Both the position numbers and the translations under genes were made by a program. A stretch of DNA of 64,000 nucleotides from positions 32,001-96,000 of the forward strand of contig JAXGPF010000005.1 of assembly GCA_040767085.1 (NCBI GenBank), given 5' to 3'. This document shows, piece after piece, positions 47,847-58,858 of the stretch; the first letter of the stretch is position 1; each line of letters begins with the position of its first letter. Source of the stretch: Kiritimatiellia bacterium. Lineage in GTDB: Bacteria; Verrucomicrobiota; Kiritimatiellia; JAAZAB01. The notes beneath the pieces are model-generated. The model was given only the letters and a program-made list of their open reading frames with translations. It was not told the origin of the DNA and did no database searches.

Positions 47847-50800
47847 GTGTACCTAAAAGCTTTGGAATTGGTTGGGTTTAAAAGTTTTGCAAATCGGACC
47901 CGTCTGGACTTCAATCCTGGTATGACGGCGATTGTCGGGCCGAATGGCTGCGGCAAAAGCAATGTTTCCGACGCGGTCCGCTGGGTGTTGGGTGAGCAGA
48001 GCGCCAAGCTGCTGCGCGGCGCGAAGATGGAAGACTGCATCTTCAACGGCACGGATAACCGCAAACCGCTGGGCATGGCGGAAGTCAGCCTGGTCCTGGC
48101 GGACTGCGAGCAGACGCTGGGCACGGAGTTCAACGAGGTCACCGTCACCCGCCGCGTCTTCCGTTCCGGCGAGGGCCAGTATTTCATTAATAAAACACCC
48201 TGCCGCCTGCGGGATATCCAACGCCTGTTCATGGACACGGGCATCGGGACCAGTTCCTACTCGCTCATGGAACAGGGCCGCATTGACCTGATCCTGAGTT
48301 CCCGGCCGGAAGACCGGCGCGAGGTTTTCGAGGAAGCCAGCGGCATCACCAAGTTCAAGTCCGACAAACGCGAAGCCCTGCGCAAGCTGGAGCAGACGGA
48401 AGCCAACCTGCTGCGCCTGGCCGATATCATCAAGGAGGTGCGCCGGCAAATCATCTCCTTGCAGCGCCAGGCCGGCAAGGCGGCGCGTTACAAGAAGCAC
48501 CAGGAGGAATTGCGCCGGCTGGATATTTTCGTCGCGCGTGAAAAGCTGAAAAGCATGGACGTCGAACGCACCGAAAACGAACGGCGGCTGGAATCCATCC
48601 GGCGGGAACTGGCCCAACGCCAGGAATCCATCCGGCAGCATGAGAGCCTGGGCGCCTCCCTGCGCGAACGCTTGGAAGCGGCCGAAGATGAAGCCGGCGG
48701 CGCCCAGCAGGCGTTGCTGGAATTGACCCGGCAGCGCGACCGCGCGCGCCAGGTGATTGAGCACAGCGAACGCCGCATCCAGGAACTCGAAGCGCAATGC
48801 GCGCGCGATGCCGCCGACACCGCCGGCGCCGGCGGGGAGCTGGATCAAACCCGGAAGGAACTGGAAGAATCCCAGCAGCGGCTGGCGGCGGCGGAAGGCG
48901 AATTTGCGGCCGCCCAAGCCGAATTGCAGGCGCAAGCCCAGAAACTGGCCGGCCACGAAAAACTGATCGCCGCCGCCAAGCAGGCCGTCACGCGCCTGCT
49001 GTCCGAATCCATGGAATTGGAAAACCGCCTGGCCCAGATTCAGAACGAGCTGCACAAACTTGAAAACGAAGACCGCAACATCGCCAGCCGCCGCGAACGC
49101 TGCGCCGCCGAGCAGGAAAACCTTAAATTGCTGCTCAGCGGACACCAGAAACGCGTCGCGGAATTGAAGCAAATCCGCGCCGAATCGCAAGCCGTCCAGG
49201 CCCAGGCCGCCCAAGCCCTGGCGGCCAAGCAGACGGAAATCACCGCCAGCCAGAACCGGCTCCGCCAGTCGGAACAGGCGCTCGCTGAATTGCGCGCCGA
49301 GCGCGCCGCCGCGGCGGCGCGCCTGGAAATACTGGACCGCAATCTCAAGACCAAAAGCGGATTTTCACAAAGCGCCCGGCGGCTGCTGGATGCCAAAATT
49401 GCGGACGACCTGCAGCCGAAAGTGCTGGGCGCCCTGGCCAGCCAGATTGAAGCCGCCCCGGAATACCGGCTGGCCCTGGAGACGGCGTTGCGCGCCTGGC
49501 TGGACGCCGTCGTCGTACAAGATATGCCGGCCGCCCTGGCGTGCCTCCGCGAAGTCGAGCCGGAAACCAAGGATGCCCTCCGCTTGCTGGCGGCGGCGGC
49601 CCCGGCACCGGCGGCGGCAGCACCGGAAGTTTTGCCGGCGGGCGCCGTCATGCTGCGCCCGCAGGTGCAAGCCCCGGCGGCCTTGGCCCCGCTGCTGGAC
49701 CGCTTATTGGCCGGGGTGGTGGTGGTGGACGACCTGGCCGCGCTGCCTCCGGACATCCCCCCCGCCGCCATCTACGTCACCCGGCAGGGCGTCTTGGTGC
49801 GCGGCGACGGCCGCCTGGAAATTCACCGCGGCGGCGCCCAGCAATCCAGCCCGCTGGCCAACAAACACCTCCTGGCCAAGCAGCGCGAACTGTTGGCCGG
49901 CGCGGACGCCCAACTGGCCGCGCGCCAGCAGGAGCGGGACGCCGGCGCCGCGCGTTGCCAGGCCTTGGAAAAGGAAGTGCAGGAACTGCGCGCCGCGCTC
50001 GCGGAAAAACAGCAGATCCAGGCCCGCCAGGAAGGCGAATTCCAACTGGTGGAGAAACAGGCGGATCAGGTCCGGCAGAACCTGGAAACCGTGGCCTGGG
50101 AGACGCGCGAACTGGAAAAACAGAGCAGTTCCGCCGATGCCAAAAGCGCCTTGATCGAGGAAACCGACCGCATCCGCGAACGCCGGCAGGAAATCCGCCG
50201 GCAGATCGAAGCCAACCAGCAGGAACAGGAGCGGCTCGAGCAGGCCCACCGCCAGCTTGCCGCCGCGGTTACCGCCGCCCAGGTGCGCTTCGCCAAGCAG
50301 GAAGAAGCCCGCGCTTTCATCCGCGCCCGGCGCCAGCCCTTGGCCGAACGGGCGCAGCAGCTGCAGAAAACCATTGACGAACGCCAGGCGCGCCAGACGG
50401 CCTGCCGCGGCGAAATCGCCGGCGTACGCCAGGCCATGCTCCAGGCGCAGACGGAATTGCCGCGGCTGGAGGAAGACATCCGGCAGCGCACCGCGCGCTT
50501 GGAGGATATTCAAAACCAGCGCGAACAGATGCATGCCGCCGCCAGGACCGCCGATGGGCAACTGCAGCAACTGCGCGCGGAGGCGGACACTCTCAGCCGG
50601 CAGGAAAGCGAGACTAACGGCAAATGCGTGGAACAACGCATGCAGCGCCAGTACCTGCTCGAACGCGTCACCGGCGAATACCGCATCTCCGCCGACGCCA
50701 TCCAGGTCGAGCCGGAGCCGGAATGGCCGGACCAGCAGCGCCCGGAGATGGAAAGCCTGGAACTCGCCATCGCCGAACTGCGCGCCAAGCTGGAAAGCAT

Positions 50801-51488
50801 GGGGCCGGTGAACACCGACGCCATCGCCGAATACAAGGAGCAGGAAGAACGCTACCAGTTCCTCAACAGCCAGCAGGATGATTTGCTCAAATCCAAGCAA
50901 CAACTGCTGGAAATGATCAAGACCATCAATCAGACCACCACCGAAATGTTTGCCAAGACCTTTGCCACGGTCAACGACAATTTCCAGGCAATGTTCAAGC
51001 AATTATTCGGCGGCGGCTCGGCCAAACTGATGTTGACCGACGACGAGGACATTCTCGAGTGCGGCATTGAAATCATCGCCCGGCCGCCCGGCAAGAAACT
51101 TCAAAGCGTCTCCCTGCTGTCCGGCGGCGAGCGCACCATGACCGCGGTTGCATTGTTGTTCGCGATTTTCATGGTCAAGCCCAGCCCATTCTGCGTGCTC
51201 GACGAACTGGATGCGGCGCTGGATGAATCCAATATCCACCGCTTCATCAAGGTGCTGCAAGGATTTGTCGCCCAATCGCAGTTCATCGTCATCACCCACA
51301 ACCGCGCCACCATCAGCGCCGCCAACGTGCTCTACGGCGTCACCATGGCCGAAACGGGCATCTCGAAAATCGTCTCCATGCGTTTTGTGGACCACTCCGG
51401 CAAGCTGGAGCCGGCGGAAACACCGGAGGGCCGGAACGGCGAGCCGGCCGCCGCCCAAGCGGAGCCAGCCGGGGCCGGCGGCCAGTAA
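47847..51488 (+). CDS. smc: Chromosome partition protein Smc
   Basis: GFKSFA, GPNGCGKSN, coiled coils, hinge, LSGGE, LDELDAALD, ITHN; GTG start inferred. Confidence 0.96.
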   Translation: MYLKALELVGFKSFANRTRLDFNPGMTAIVGPNGCGKSNVSDAVRWVLGEQSAKLLRGAKMEDCIFNGTDNRKPLGMAEVSLVLADCEQTLGTEFNEVTVTRRVFRSGEGQYFINKTPCRLRDIQRLFMDTGIGTSSYSLMEQGRIDLILSSRPEDRREVFEEASGITKFKSDKREALRKLEQTEANLLRLADIIKEVRRQIISLQRQAGKAARYKKHQEELRRLDIFVAREKLKSMDVERTENERRLESIRRELAQRQESIRQHESLGASLRERLEAAEDEAGGAQQALLELTRQRDRARQVIEHSERRIQELEAQCARDAADTAGAGGELDQTRKELEESQQRLAAAEGEFAAAQAELQAQAQKLAGHEKLIAAAKQAVTRLLSESMELENRLAQIQNELHKLENEDRNIASRRERCAAEQENLKLLLSGHQKRVAELKQIRAESQAVQAQAAQALAAKQTEITASQNRLRQSEQALAELRAERAAAAARLEILDRNLKTKSGFSQSARRLLDAKIADDLQPKVLGALASQIEAAPEYRLALETALRAWLDAVVVQDMPAALACLREVEPETKDALRLLAAAAPAPAAAAPEVLPAGAVMLRPQVQAPAALAPLLDRLLAGVVVVDDLAALPPDIPPAAIYVTRQGVLVRGDGRLEIHRGGAQQSSPLANKHLLAKQRELLAGADAQLAARQQERDAGAARCQALEKEVQELRAALAEKQQIQARQEGEFQLVEKQADQVRQNLETVAWETRELEKQSSSADAKSALIEETDRIRERRQEIRRQIEANQQEQERLEQAHRQLAAAVTAAQVRFAKQEEARAFIRARRQPLAERAQQLQKTIDERQARQTACRGEIAGVRQAMLQAQTELPRLEEDIRQRTARLEDIQNQREQMHAAARTADGQLQQLRAEADTLSRQESETNGKCVEQRMQRQYLLERVTGEYRISADAIQVEPEPEWPDQQRPEMESLELAIAELRAKLESMGPVNTDAIAEYKEQEERYQFLNSQQDDLLKSKQQLLEMIKTINQTTTEMFAKTFATVNDNFQAMFKQLFGGGSAKLMLTDDEDILECGIEIIARPPGKKLQSVSLLSGGERTMTAVALLFAIFMVKPSPFCVLDELDAALDESNIHRFIKVLQGFVAQSQFIVITHNRATISAANVLYGVTMAETGISKIVSMRFVDHSGKLEPAETPEGRNGEPAAAQAEPAGAGGQ

Positions 51489-51533
51489 GATCGGGGGGGG
51501 GACCGGCGGCGGCGGCCGCGCATGCGGCAGGTT

Positions 51534-52640
51534 TCAGGCGCCCTGTTGGCGCAGGACTTTTTCCAGGGCCCGGAGGCATTTTTCATTCTCCGGACGGGTG
51601 CCCAGGCTGATCCGCACGTGCCGGGGCAACTGGTACCCGTTTAACGGGCGGACGATGACATGCTCCTGCTGCATGGCCTGGAAGACCGCGCGGGCGTCGC
51701 CCACGTCCACCATGATAAAATTGGCGACCGGCGGCACATAGCGCAATCCCAGGCGGTCCAAGCCCGCCGTCATGAACGGCAGTTCCGAGCGCACCAGTTC
51801 CTGGAATCGCCGCACATGTTCGTCGTCGTCCAAGGCGGCCAACGCCGCCTCCAGGGCCAGTCCATTGACGTTAAACGGCTGGCGGATTTGATGCATCAGA
51901 CGGATGCCCTGCTCCGCCGAGACGCCGTAGCCGACGCGCAGCCCCGCCAGGCCATGGCTCTTGGCGAACGTGCGCAGCAGGATCACCCGGCGGCCATCGC
52001 GGATGTAGCGCAGGGCATCCGGCCGGCGCTCCGGCGGGATCAAATCAATGTAAGCTTCATCCAGGCAAGCTACTACGTGCGGCGGCAGGCGGTCCATGAA
52101 TCGGTCCAAATCCGCGCCCGCCACCATGGTGCCCGTCGGATTATTGGGATTGGAAATGAAGATCACCTTGGTGCGCGGCGTGACCGCCCGCAGCATGGCG
52201 TCCAGGTCATGCGTGTAATCGGCCATCGGCACGGCCGTCACCCGGGCCTGGAACATCCCGGCGATCAGGCGATAGATGGCAAATGCGCGGTCCGCCACCA
52301 CCACCTCGTCGCCCGGCTCCAGGTAAACATGGCCGATGAATTCCAGGATTTCGTTGCTGCCGTTGGCGACGATCAATTGCTCCGGGCTTATCCCCAGTTT
52401 ACGCGCCAGCGCCCGGCGCAGATAAAACGCGCTGCCATCCGGGTAATAATGCATGCGGGCGGCCGCCGCCCGCACCGCCGCCATCGCCTTGGGAGAAGGG
52501 CCGAGCGGATTTTCATTCGAGGCCAGCTTGACGATGGAGGAGGCATCGGGCAAGCCCAGTTCCCGCGCCAGCTCCTCCACCGGCCGGCCCGGCTCGTAAA
52601 CACCCAGTTGCTGCAACCATTGTTTGGCGATCTTTTGCAT
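51534..52640 (-). CDS. hisC: Histidinol-phosphate aminotransferase
   Basis: KLASNENPLG, NPNNPTG, DEAY, RTFAKSHGLAGLRVGY. Confidence 0.94.
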   Translation of the reverse strand: MQKIAKQWLQQLGVYEPGRPVEELARELGLPDASSIVKLASNENPLGPSPKAMAAVRAAAARMHYYPDGSAFYLRRALARKLGISPEQLIVANGSNEILEFIGHVYLEPGDEVVVADRAFAIYRLIAGMFQARVTAVPMADYTHDLDAMLRAVTPRTKVIFISNPNNPTGTMVAGADLDRFMDRLPPHVVACLDEAYIDLIPPERRPDALRYIRDGRRVILLRTFAKSHGLAGLRVGYGVSAEQGIRLMHQIRQPFNVNGLALEAALAALDDDEHVRRFQELVRSELPFMTAGLDRLGLRYVPPVANFIMVDVGDARAVFQAMQQEHVIVRPLNGYQLPRHVRISLGTRPENEKCLRALEKVLRQQGA

Positions 52641-52818
52641 GCGCGCTGCTTTCCCTTGGATTATGCATGTAATTCCAAAACTCGCGTTTTGGAGGTTTAA
52701 AGATTTCACCCCGGCTCGGCCGGGGGACATCCCCGCAAAAAAGGAACGGATAAACTACACCATTGGACGCGAAATCACAATTATATTTGTCCGCGCCGGG
52801 GCAAGCCTGGCGGCCATT

Positions 52819-54093
52819 TTATTCCCGCACCTGGCCGGCGCCGGCCACCACGTATTTGTACGTGGTCAATTCCTCCAGCCCCATCGGGCCGCGGGCATGC
52901 AGCTTGTCCGTGCTGATGCCGATTTCCGCGCCCATGCCGAACTCCCCGCCATCGGTGAACCGGGTGGAGGCGTTGACATAGACGGCGGCGGAATCCACCT
53001 CGCGGGTGAACAGGGCGGCCGCGCGGCGGCTGCGCGTGACAATGGCGTCGGAATGCCGCGAGCCGTATTGGTTGATGTGGTCAATCGCCTCCCGCGCGGA
53101 CGCCACCACGCGCACCGCCAGCACCAGGTCCAGGTATTCGGCATACCAGTCGGTTTCGTCCGCCGGCGCGATGTCCGGCGCCAGCCGGCGCGCGGCGTCA
53201 TCCCCGCGCAGTTCCACGCCGCGCTCTCTCAGCCGCGCGGCGGCGCGGGGAACGAAGGCTGCCGCGATGTCCTGGTGCACCAGCAGGGTTTCCATGGCGT
53301 TGCAGACGCCCGGGCGCTGGCACTTGGCATTTTCGACGATTTGCAGCGCCATGTCCGGGTCGGCGGACGCATCCACGAAGACATGGCAGACGCCCTTGTA
53401 ATGCTTGATCACCGGCACGCGCGCCAGCTCGGTGACCGCGCGGATCAGCGCCTCGCCGCCGCGGGGTATCACCACGTCCACCAGGCCTTCGAGCTGGACC
53501 AGTTCGCGCACCGCGGCGCGGTCGGAAGTATCCACCAGTTGGATGGCATGTTCGGGCAACCCCAGCGGCCGGCCGCCGTCCAGCATGGCCTTGACCAGCG
53601 CGGCGCTGGAACGCAGCGATTCATGGCCGCCGCGGAGGATCACGGCATTGCCGGTCTTGAAACACAAGGCGGCCGCGTCGGCAGTGACATTGGGACGCGA
53701 TTCGTAAATGATGGCGATCACGCCGATCGGCACGCGGATTTTCGATATTTTCAAGCCGTTGGGCCGGGTCCAGCGCCGGATGGATTTGCCCAGCGGATTC
53801 GGCAGCGCCGCCACCGTCCGGATGCCCTCGCTGATGCCCTGGAGCCGCTTTTCATCCAGGCGCAGCCGGTCCAGCATGGCGGCGGAAAGCCCGTTGCGCC
53901 GGCCGGCATCCATGTCGGCGGCATTGGCGGACAGGATGTCCGCACGGCTGTCAGCGATGCCGCCGGCCATGGCGGAGAGGATGGCATCCTGCCGCCGCGG
54001 CGTCAGCCGCGCCAGTGCGCGCGAAGCTGCCAGCGCGTTGCGGCCCATGGCGGTGATGATGGTCTTGATATCCTGTACAGTGTCGGTGTTCAT
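52819..54093 (-). CDS. proA: Gamma-glutamyl phosphate reductase
   Basis: IYESRPNVT, IPRGG, GVCNAMETLL, NASTRFTDG, STDKLHARGPMG. Confidence 0.97.
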   Translation of the reverse strand: MNTDTVQDIKTIITAMGRNALAASRALARLTPRRQDAILSAMAGGIADSRADILSANAADMDAGRRNGLSAAMLDRLRLDEKRLQGISEGIRTVAALPNPLGKSIRRWTRPNGLKISKIRVPIGVIAIIYESRPNVTADAAALCFKTGNAVILRGGHESLRSSAALVKAMLDGGRPLGLPEHAIQLVDTSDRAAVRELVQLEGLVDVVIPRGGEALIRAVTELARVPVIKHYKGVCHVFVDASADPDMALQIVENAKCQRPGVCNAMETLLVHQDIAAAFVPRAAARLRERGVELRGDDAARRLAPDIAPADETDWYAEYLDLVLAVRVVASAREAIDHINQYGSRHSDAIVTRSRRAAALFTREVDSAAVYVNASTRFTDGGEFGMGAEIGISTDKLHARGPMGLEELTTYKYVVAGAGQVRE

Positions 54094-54105
54094 GGCTAAA
54101 CCTCG

Positions 54106-55356
54106 TTATGCATATTCCGCCGCCGTCTCCGCGGCCACCCGGGCCCACTCCCAAAGCCGCTGCGGCTGGTGGCCGACCGTGCTGATATCCTTGAGGATTA
54201 TTTCTACGGGGCACTCGCGCACGCGGTCGAGCACGCGGCGCAGATCGGCGCGCACGGCATCCGGGTTCCAATCCGGCGCGGCTACCAGGGCCGGATTGGC
54301 CTTATGGGAAAACACAAAATCCCGGCCGATATTATCCGCCGCCCGGTCGAGATCGATCCACGGACTCATGGAAATTGTGCGGAGCCTGGGAATCTTGCGC
54401 AGAATGTGCACCTTGTCGTGCAGCGGCTCGCAGCAGCCGTAATACACCAGGCCGAACCGTTTGAGGAATTTCAACTCGTATTGCAGCGCGAATTCATCGT
54501 GCATTTCCGGGGAAACGCTGGAAAATATCTGCGACATGGTGCGGCCCCACATGTCGCAGGGGCGCACGCGGCCGGGGACGTAACCCGGCGCGGGCAATTC
54601 GTCGCAGTAGCCGTAGCCGCCGCCGAGGTAGGTGTTGTCGTTGTTCAAGTCGAGCAGATTCAGCGCTTCGTACTGGTTGAACATGGCCAGGAAAGCGTCG
54701 GTCATGCGCCCGATCAGCCGGTGGACGTAGTCCGGACGCTCGTACATGTCTACCAGGATTTCCTCGACGCCGGTCAGGCGCACCAGGTAATCCCAGGGGG
54801 CGATGGAGGTTCCCTTGATGCCGGTCCGGCGCACCGGAATGACGCCTTCAAAAATTTCCGCCAGCAGGCGGAAGCGGGCGGCGGTGGTTTCCGGGTCATA
54901 CGTAATGACCGGATCCTTGATCTTGTCAATGTCGCGCTCGTCCCTGATCTGGATGTTGAAAGTGCGCGAGACAACGTCGCTGGCCGGATCGGTGCGTTCG
55001 ATGGAAACATCCTCTTTGATGCCGAATCCGGTGTTGCGGATCACCGGCGGGCAGGCAATGTAATCCTCCACCACCATGTCGCCCGGCATGTGCCGCCACT
55101 GGTAGATGGTGCGCCGCAGTCTGGTTTCCAGCCCCTGGAGGAACTTGTCGCCGGCGATCGTCGCGGCCAGTTCGCCATTGTATTCCATTTCATGCCATGG
55201 AATTTCAAAGATGAACACCGGCGGCCGCCCTCGCCGCAGCGCGTTGTTCCGACGCCACAAATCGCGCCGGATATTGTTGACCGGATCGTTGGCGATCTCG
55301 TGAAGCTGCCGCCCTAATTCACGGAGTGTTTGCCGGGCCTGGTCGTTCTGCTGCAT
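54106..55356 (-). CDS. Hypothetical protein, uroporphyrinogen-decarboxylase-like barrel
   Basis: ILVDMYERPDYVH, VSPEMHDEFAL, YYGCCEPLH, ISMSPW. Confidence 0.7.
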   Translation of the reverse strand: MQQNDQARQTLRELGRQLHEIANDPVNNIRRDLWRRNNALRRGRPPVFIFEIPWHEMEYNGELAATIAGDKFLQGLETRLRRTIYQWRHMPGDMVVEDYIACPPVIRNTGFGIKEDVSIERTDPASDVVSRTFNIQIRDERDIDKIKDPVITYDPETTAARFRLLAEIFEGVIPVRRTGIKGTSIAPWDYLVRLTGVEEILVDMYERPDYVHRLIGRMTDAFLAMFNQYEALNLLDLNNDNTYLGGGYGYCDELPAPGYVPGRVRPCDMWGRTMSQIFSSVSPEMHDEFALQYELKFLKRFGLVYYGCCEPLHDKVHILRKIPRLRTISMSPWIDLDRAADNIGRDFVFSHKANPALVAAPDWNPDAVRADLRRVLDRVRECPVEIILKDISTVGHQPQRLWEWARVAAETAAEYA

Positions 55357-55567
55357 ACGCCGCGCCGGCCCCGCGCAGTTGCCGCGGCAGCCGGCCCTCC
55401 TTTTTGATTTTCCAGTAATTCCGCGGAATCTCGTGCCCAAAACCATATCAAAAAAGATTCCAAAAGCGAGCCATGTTTTACGGCGGGAGCGTTTTAACAT
55501 GCCGCTTCACCCAGCCATTCATCCAGCCAGCGCGCTTTTTCACAGTCCATGGCTTCGCGGCGGCTTC

Positions 55568-56410
55568 TTACCATTCAACCTTGACGACAAAATCCTTCTC
55601 CGCCGACGCGCCCAGTCCTGGTGCTGACAATATGCCTTTACCAGCATCATACTTCCATCCCGTCATGGGCTGTCCGTTAACCATCACCGATTCTGGTTTG
55701 GCACAATGCACCAGCAATTGCCAACACCGGCGTTCCGACATACCGTCGTGGCCCTGGCGCGGCGCGACCGTCAGCGTCAGCACTTCTTTGCGTGGCGATT
55801 CCGAGCCGCGGCCAGCGCCCGCCTGCATGTCATTTTCAGACAGACCCGCGGATGCAGGCGATAAAGCCTGATGGATGTTTGTGGTCGCTATGGCCCCATT
55901 GCGCCAGGCTTCCGTCTCGCCATCATCCTCGTATAACACAAACGGCCCGGCGCGATTGCCGGGAAAGATTTCCAGTTCCAGCGTTTCCCGGGATTTATGT
56001 CCAAAATATTCCATGGCCGGCGCCCGGGGAATAATTGCTCCGGCGCGCGCGAACAGCACGCCGCCCCGGCCTTCCGGGGATTTTGCGGGGATATCCGCCG
56101 GGCCGTGCAGGCTTTCGCCGGTCCAGTAATCGAACCAGGCGCCGGCCGTTCCGGCAAATGCTTCGGCAATCAATTGCATTGCGCAAAGATCGAGCCGATC
56201 CGTCACGCCGGGCAAATGGCTGGCCGGGGCCAATTGCTCGACCTGCTTTAACAGGATTTCCATCAAGGGGGAAACGACGATCGTGCGGCACACCGGCTCG
56301 TCCATGACGGGGAAGGCGCGCCGGAACGCCGGCAGGAGCGCGCGGTCATAGGCGAAATAGAAGCCCTCGGCCATCCCGGTCGTGCCGGCGTCGTAAACTT
56401 TCCCGGGCAC
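55568..56410 (-). pseudogene. Chimeric remnant: AraC-like N-terminal fragment fused to GH31-type C-terminal beta domains
   Basis: First ~85 aa resemble an AraC sensor/dimerisation region; remainder WFDYWTG...LFARAGAIIP...LYEDDGET is the typical GH31 tail, without a catalytic domain. Confidence 0.6.
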
Positions 56411-56611
56411 ATTTACCGTTCAGATACGGAACGCGCACCCGGTATCCAAGCGGACATGCAAACATATTCCGGCCCCCCCCGCCGGCCATGCGCAATAAAA
56501 CACACAAAAAAGCAAAATATTCCCATTGCAATCCATGGTTGAAAATCTAACATGACGGCTAATCGAATTTCTCTGCGGATCATGCTTCCTGATGAAAGCC
56601 GGCGTCCCGCC

Positions 56612-57913
56612 ATGAATCCAAAACCAGGTCGGCCAAGCATGCAACTCCAGGACATTGCCGGTAGACTGAGTGAATCCGTGAATCCCGCGGCTCTGGCGCC
56701 GCACTGGGCTGACACGCTGGCCGTTGACGGCAGCCGGCCGCCGGACTTCCTGCGGGCGGCGACGATCGTGGCACTCCGCCAGGCGTCCGGTCTGCCTCCG
56801 GCGGCTGATGCGCCGCTGCTGGCAACCGCCCGGCGCATCGCCGGGAATCCGGACTTGCGCCTGCTGGCGCGGCATTGTCACCGCCTGCTTTACGAGCATG
56901 CGGATTACAACCGGTTCAGCGCCTGGCCCTCGTTCCAAACCGCGCTGGGGGAAAATGCCGGCGTTTTTTACCTGCTGATCCTCCTGGCGGCGGCCCCGCT
57001 GATCCGGACGCAACACCGCCGGCGGAACATCCCGGAGGAAATTACCCGCGCTACCTGCGACAGGCGGGATGCGGTCGAACGTTACCGCGCCACCCATCAG
57101 GGCCGATGGGGCGCCGATCGCCGCAGTCTGTATTGGACCAGGTTTTACACTAACGGCGACTTGTACCGCCTGGGCCGCATGGAATACATGCTGCGCCGAT
57201 TCAAAGGGCTGGTCGAAGTTTACCGCCACGCGCGGACCGGCGCAACCGTCGCATTCGCGCCCGACGGCGCGCTGTATGATGCACAGGGACTGGCGGTGAA
57301 ACCCGCGGACGGCGCCGCCCCTCCGCCCGGAACCTGGACCGCCAGGCTGACGATTGCCGGCGGTCACATACAAGGGCACCCGATCCTGCCGGAAGGCGCC
57401 GCCATGCCGCGTCAAATCCGCCTGCCGGCCGAAGCCTGGCGGCGCGCCCTGGGCAAGGACGACTGGACCATGGACATGCACATTCCGCCCGGCGGCGGCA
57501 TGATCCTGGAAATTTGCAGGGCCTCCATGCGCCAGGCGGCGGATTTTTTCCCGCGCTATTTTCCCGACCGGCCGGCGGCATCCATCACCTGCGCCTCCTG
57601 GATTTTCAATACGCAATTGGACGGCATCTTCGCCCCGGAAGCCAATTTAGTGCGCTTCCAACGCGAACTGTACCTGTACCCCGTTCCCTCCACCGGCCGG
57701 GATGGGCTGGTGTTCATCTTCGGCCAGGACGATCCCCGGCCGGATACCGCGCCGCGCGAAACGCGCCTGCAGCGGGCCATCCTGGACTTCCTGGCGCAGG
57801 GCAACCGGTGGCGCAATGGCGGCATGTTTTTTTTGGCGGCGGATTTGCCCCATTTCGGGCAAAGCTGGTACCGCGGCCCGGGGCGCGCCGCGGAATTGCA
57901 GGGATTGCTTTAA
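56612..57913 (+). CDS. Acyltransferase-domain protein (GNAT-like C-terminal domain)
   Basis: YRLGRMEY, MDMHIPPGG, CRASMRQAADFFPRYFP, CASWIF, TRLQRA; start codon uncertain (56552/56612/56639). Confidence 0.72.
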   Translation: MNPKPGRPSMQLQDIAGRLSESVNPAALAPHWADTLAVDGSRPPDFLRAATIVALRQASGLPPAADAPLLATARRIAGNPDLRLLARHCHRLLYEHADYNRFSAWPSFQTALGENAGVFYLLILLAAAPLIRTQHRRRNIPEEITRATCDRRDAVERYRATHQGRWGADRRSLYWTRFYTNGDLYRLGRMEYMLRRFKGLVEVYRHARTGATVAFAPDGALYDAQGLAVKPADGAAPPPGTWTARLTIAGGHIQGHPILPEGAAMPRQIRLPAEAWRRALGKDDWTMDMHIPPGGGMILEICRASMRQAADFFPRYFPDRPAASITCASWIFNTQLDGIFAPEANLVRFQRELYLYPVPSTGRDGLVFIFGQDDPRPDTAPRETRLQRAILDFLAQGNRWRNGGMFFLAADLPHFGQSWYRGPGRAAELQGLL

Positions 57914-57952
57914 GTCCAGGCCTGAGCCGGCGGCTGCGCGCCGGCGGCGCGG

Positions 57953-58807
57953 CTACACGCGGAGCATGCCGGGCGGATACCCGAAATGCTTGCGGAAAAC
58001 TTTGACGAAATAACGGCTGTCATGGTATCCCGCCGCGCGCGCGGCCTCCTCCACGTTGACCGCGCCGTGGCTCAGCATGGTTTTTGCCTGCGTCATGCGC
58101 ACTTTGGTCAGGAACGACATCAGGGAACAACGCATTTCGGCGCGGAAGATATGCGATAGATAATAACCGCTGACGCCCAGCGCCCGCGCCACATGGCTCA
58201 GTGTCAGGGGGTCGCGGTAATGCGTGCTGATATAAACCCGCGCGCGCTGCACCAGGATGCGTTTCCGCAAGCTTTCGCCGCGCGCCTCGGGTTTGGCGCC
58301 GCTGCCCCAATCCAGGCTGTCCCGGGCCATGACCTGCAGCAGGGTCAGGAGCCGGGACTGCGCCACCCGCAGGTCGGGGGGGCGGCCCCATGCCAGGTCG
58401 CCCTGCATGGATTCGATCAGGGCCGCCGCTTCGCACCGACCGCGCGCGGAGCGGATTTTACAGGGAACCGGCGCCAGGGCCGCCAGGAAGGATTTGCCGA
58501 CCGGCCAGGCGAAACCGATTTCAAAGACTTCCAGCCCCTTGACGCAGTCAAACTGGTCGCGATGCGCCAGTGAGCCGGGGATCAGGATCGTATCGCCGGG
58601 CTTGAGGCGCGTGCGGCTCCGCCGGGTGATCACGCAATTCTCGCCGTGAAACACATGCAGCAGTTCGTAGTTGTCGGCGCTGGCCCCGCCATGCATGGCG
58701 CGCGCGGAAATCGGCCCAAAACGCATCCGGCACATCATCCGGATTTCCGGCAGACCATCCACCTGCTGCCAGGCGGCCGTCAATGCTTGGCGTTTTGAAA
58801 TATTCAC
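57953..58807 (-). CDS. AraC-family transcriptional regulator
   Basis: Cupin-like N-domain; HTHs LTLSHVARALGVSGYYLSHIF and GYHDSRYFVKVFRKHFGYPP. Confidence 0.92.
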   Translation of the reverse strand: MNISKRQALTAAWQQVDGLPEIRMMCRMRFGPISARAMHGGASADNYELLHVFHGENCVITRRSRTRLKPGDTILIPGSLAHRDQFDCVKGLEVFEIGFAWPVGKSFLAALAPVPCKIRSARGRCEAAALIESMQGDLAWGRPPDLRVAQSRLLTLLQVMARDSLDWGSGAKPEARGESLRKRILVQRARVYISTHYRDPLTLSHVARALGVSGYYLSHIFRAEMRCSLMSFLTKVRMTQAKTMLSHGAVNVEEAARAAGYHDSRYFVKVFRKHFGYPPGMLRV

Positions 58808-58858
58808 CCATCCCCTATGCTAAATTCCGCGCTAAAGATCAAGTTATTTCTGACCGCC

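Noticed and set aside
47847-51488. SMC as a Wadjet/MksBEF defence system
   Set aside because: Canonical chromosomal Smc motifs and no jetA/B/D-like neighbours
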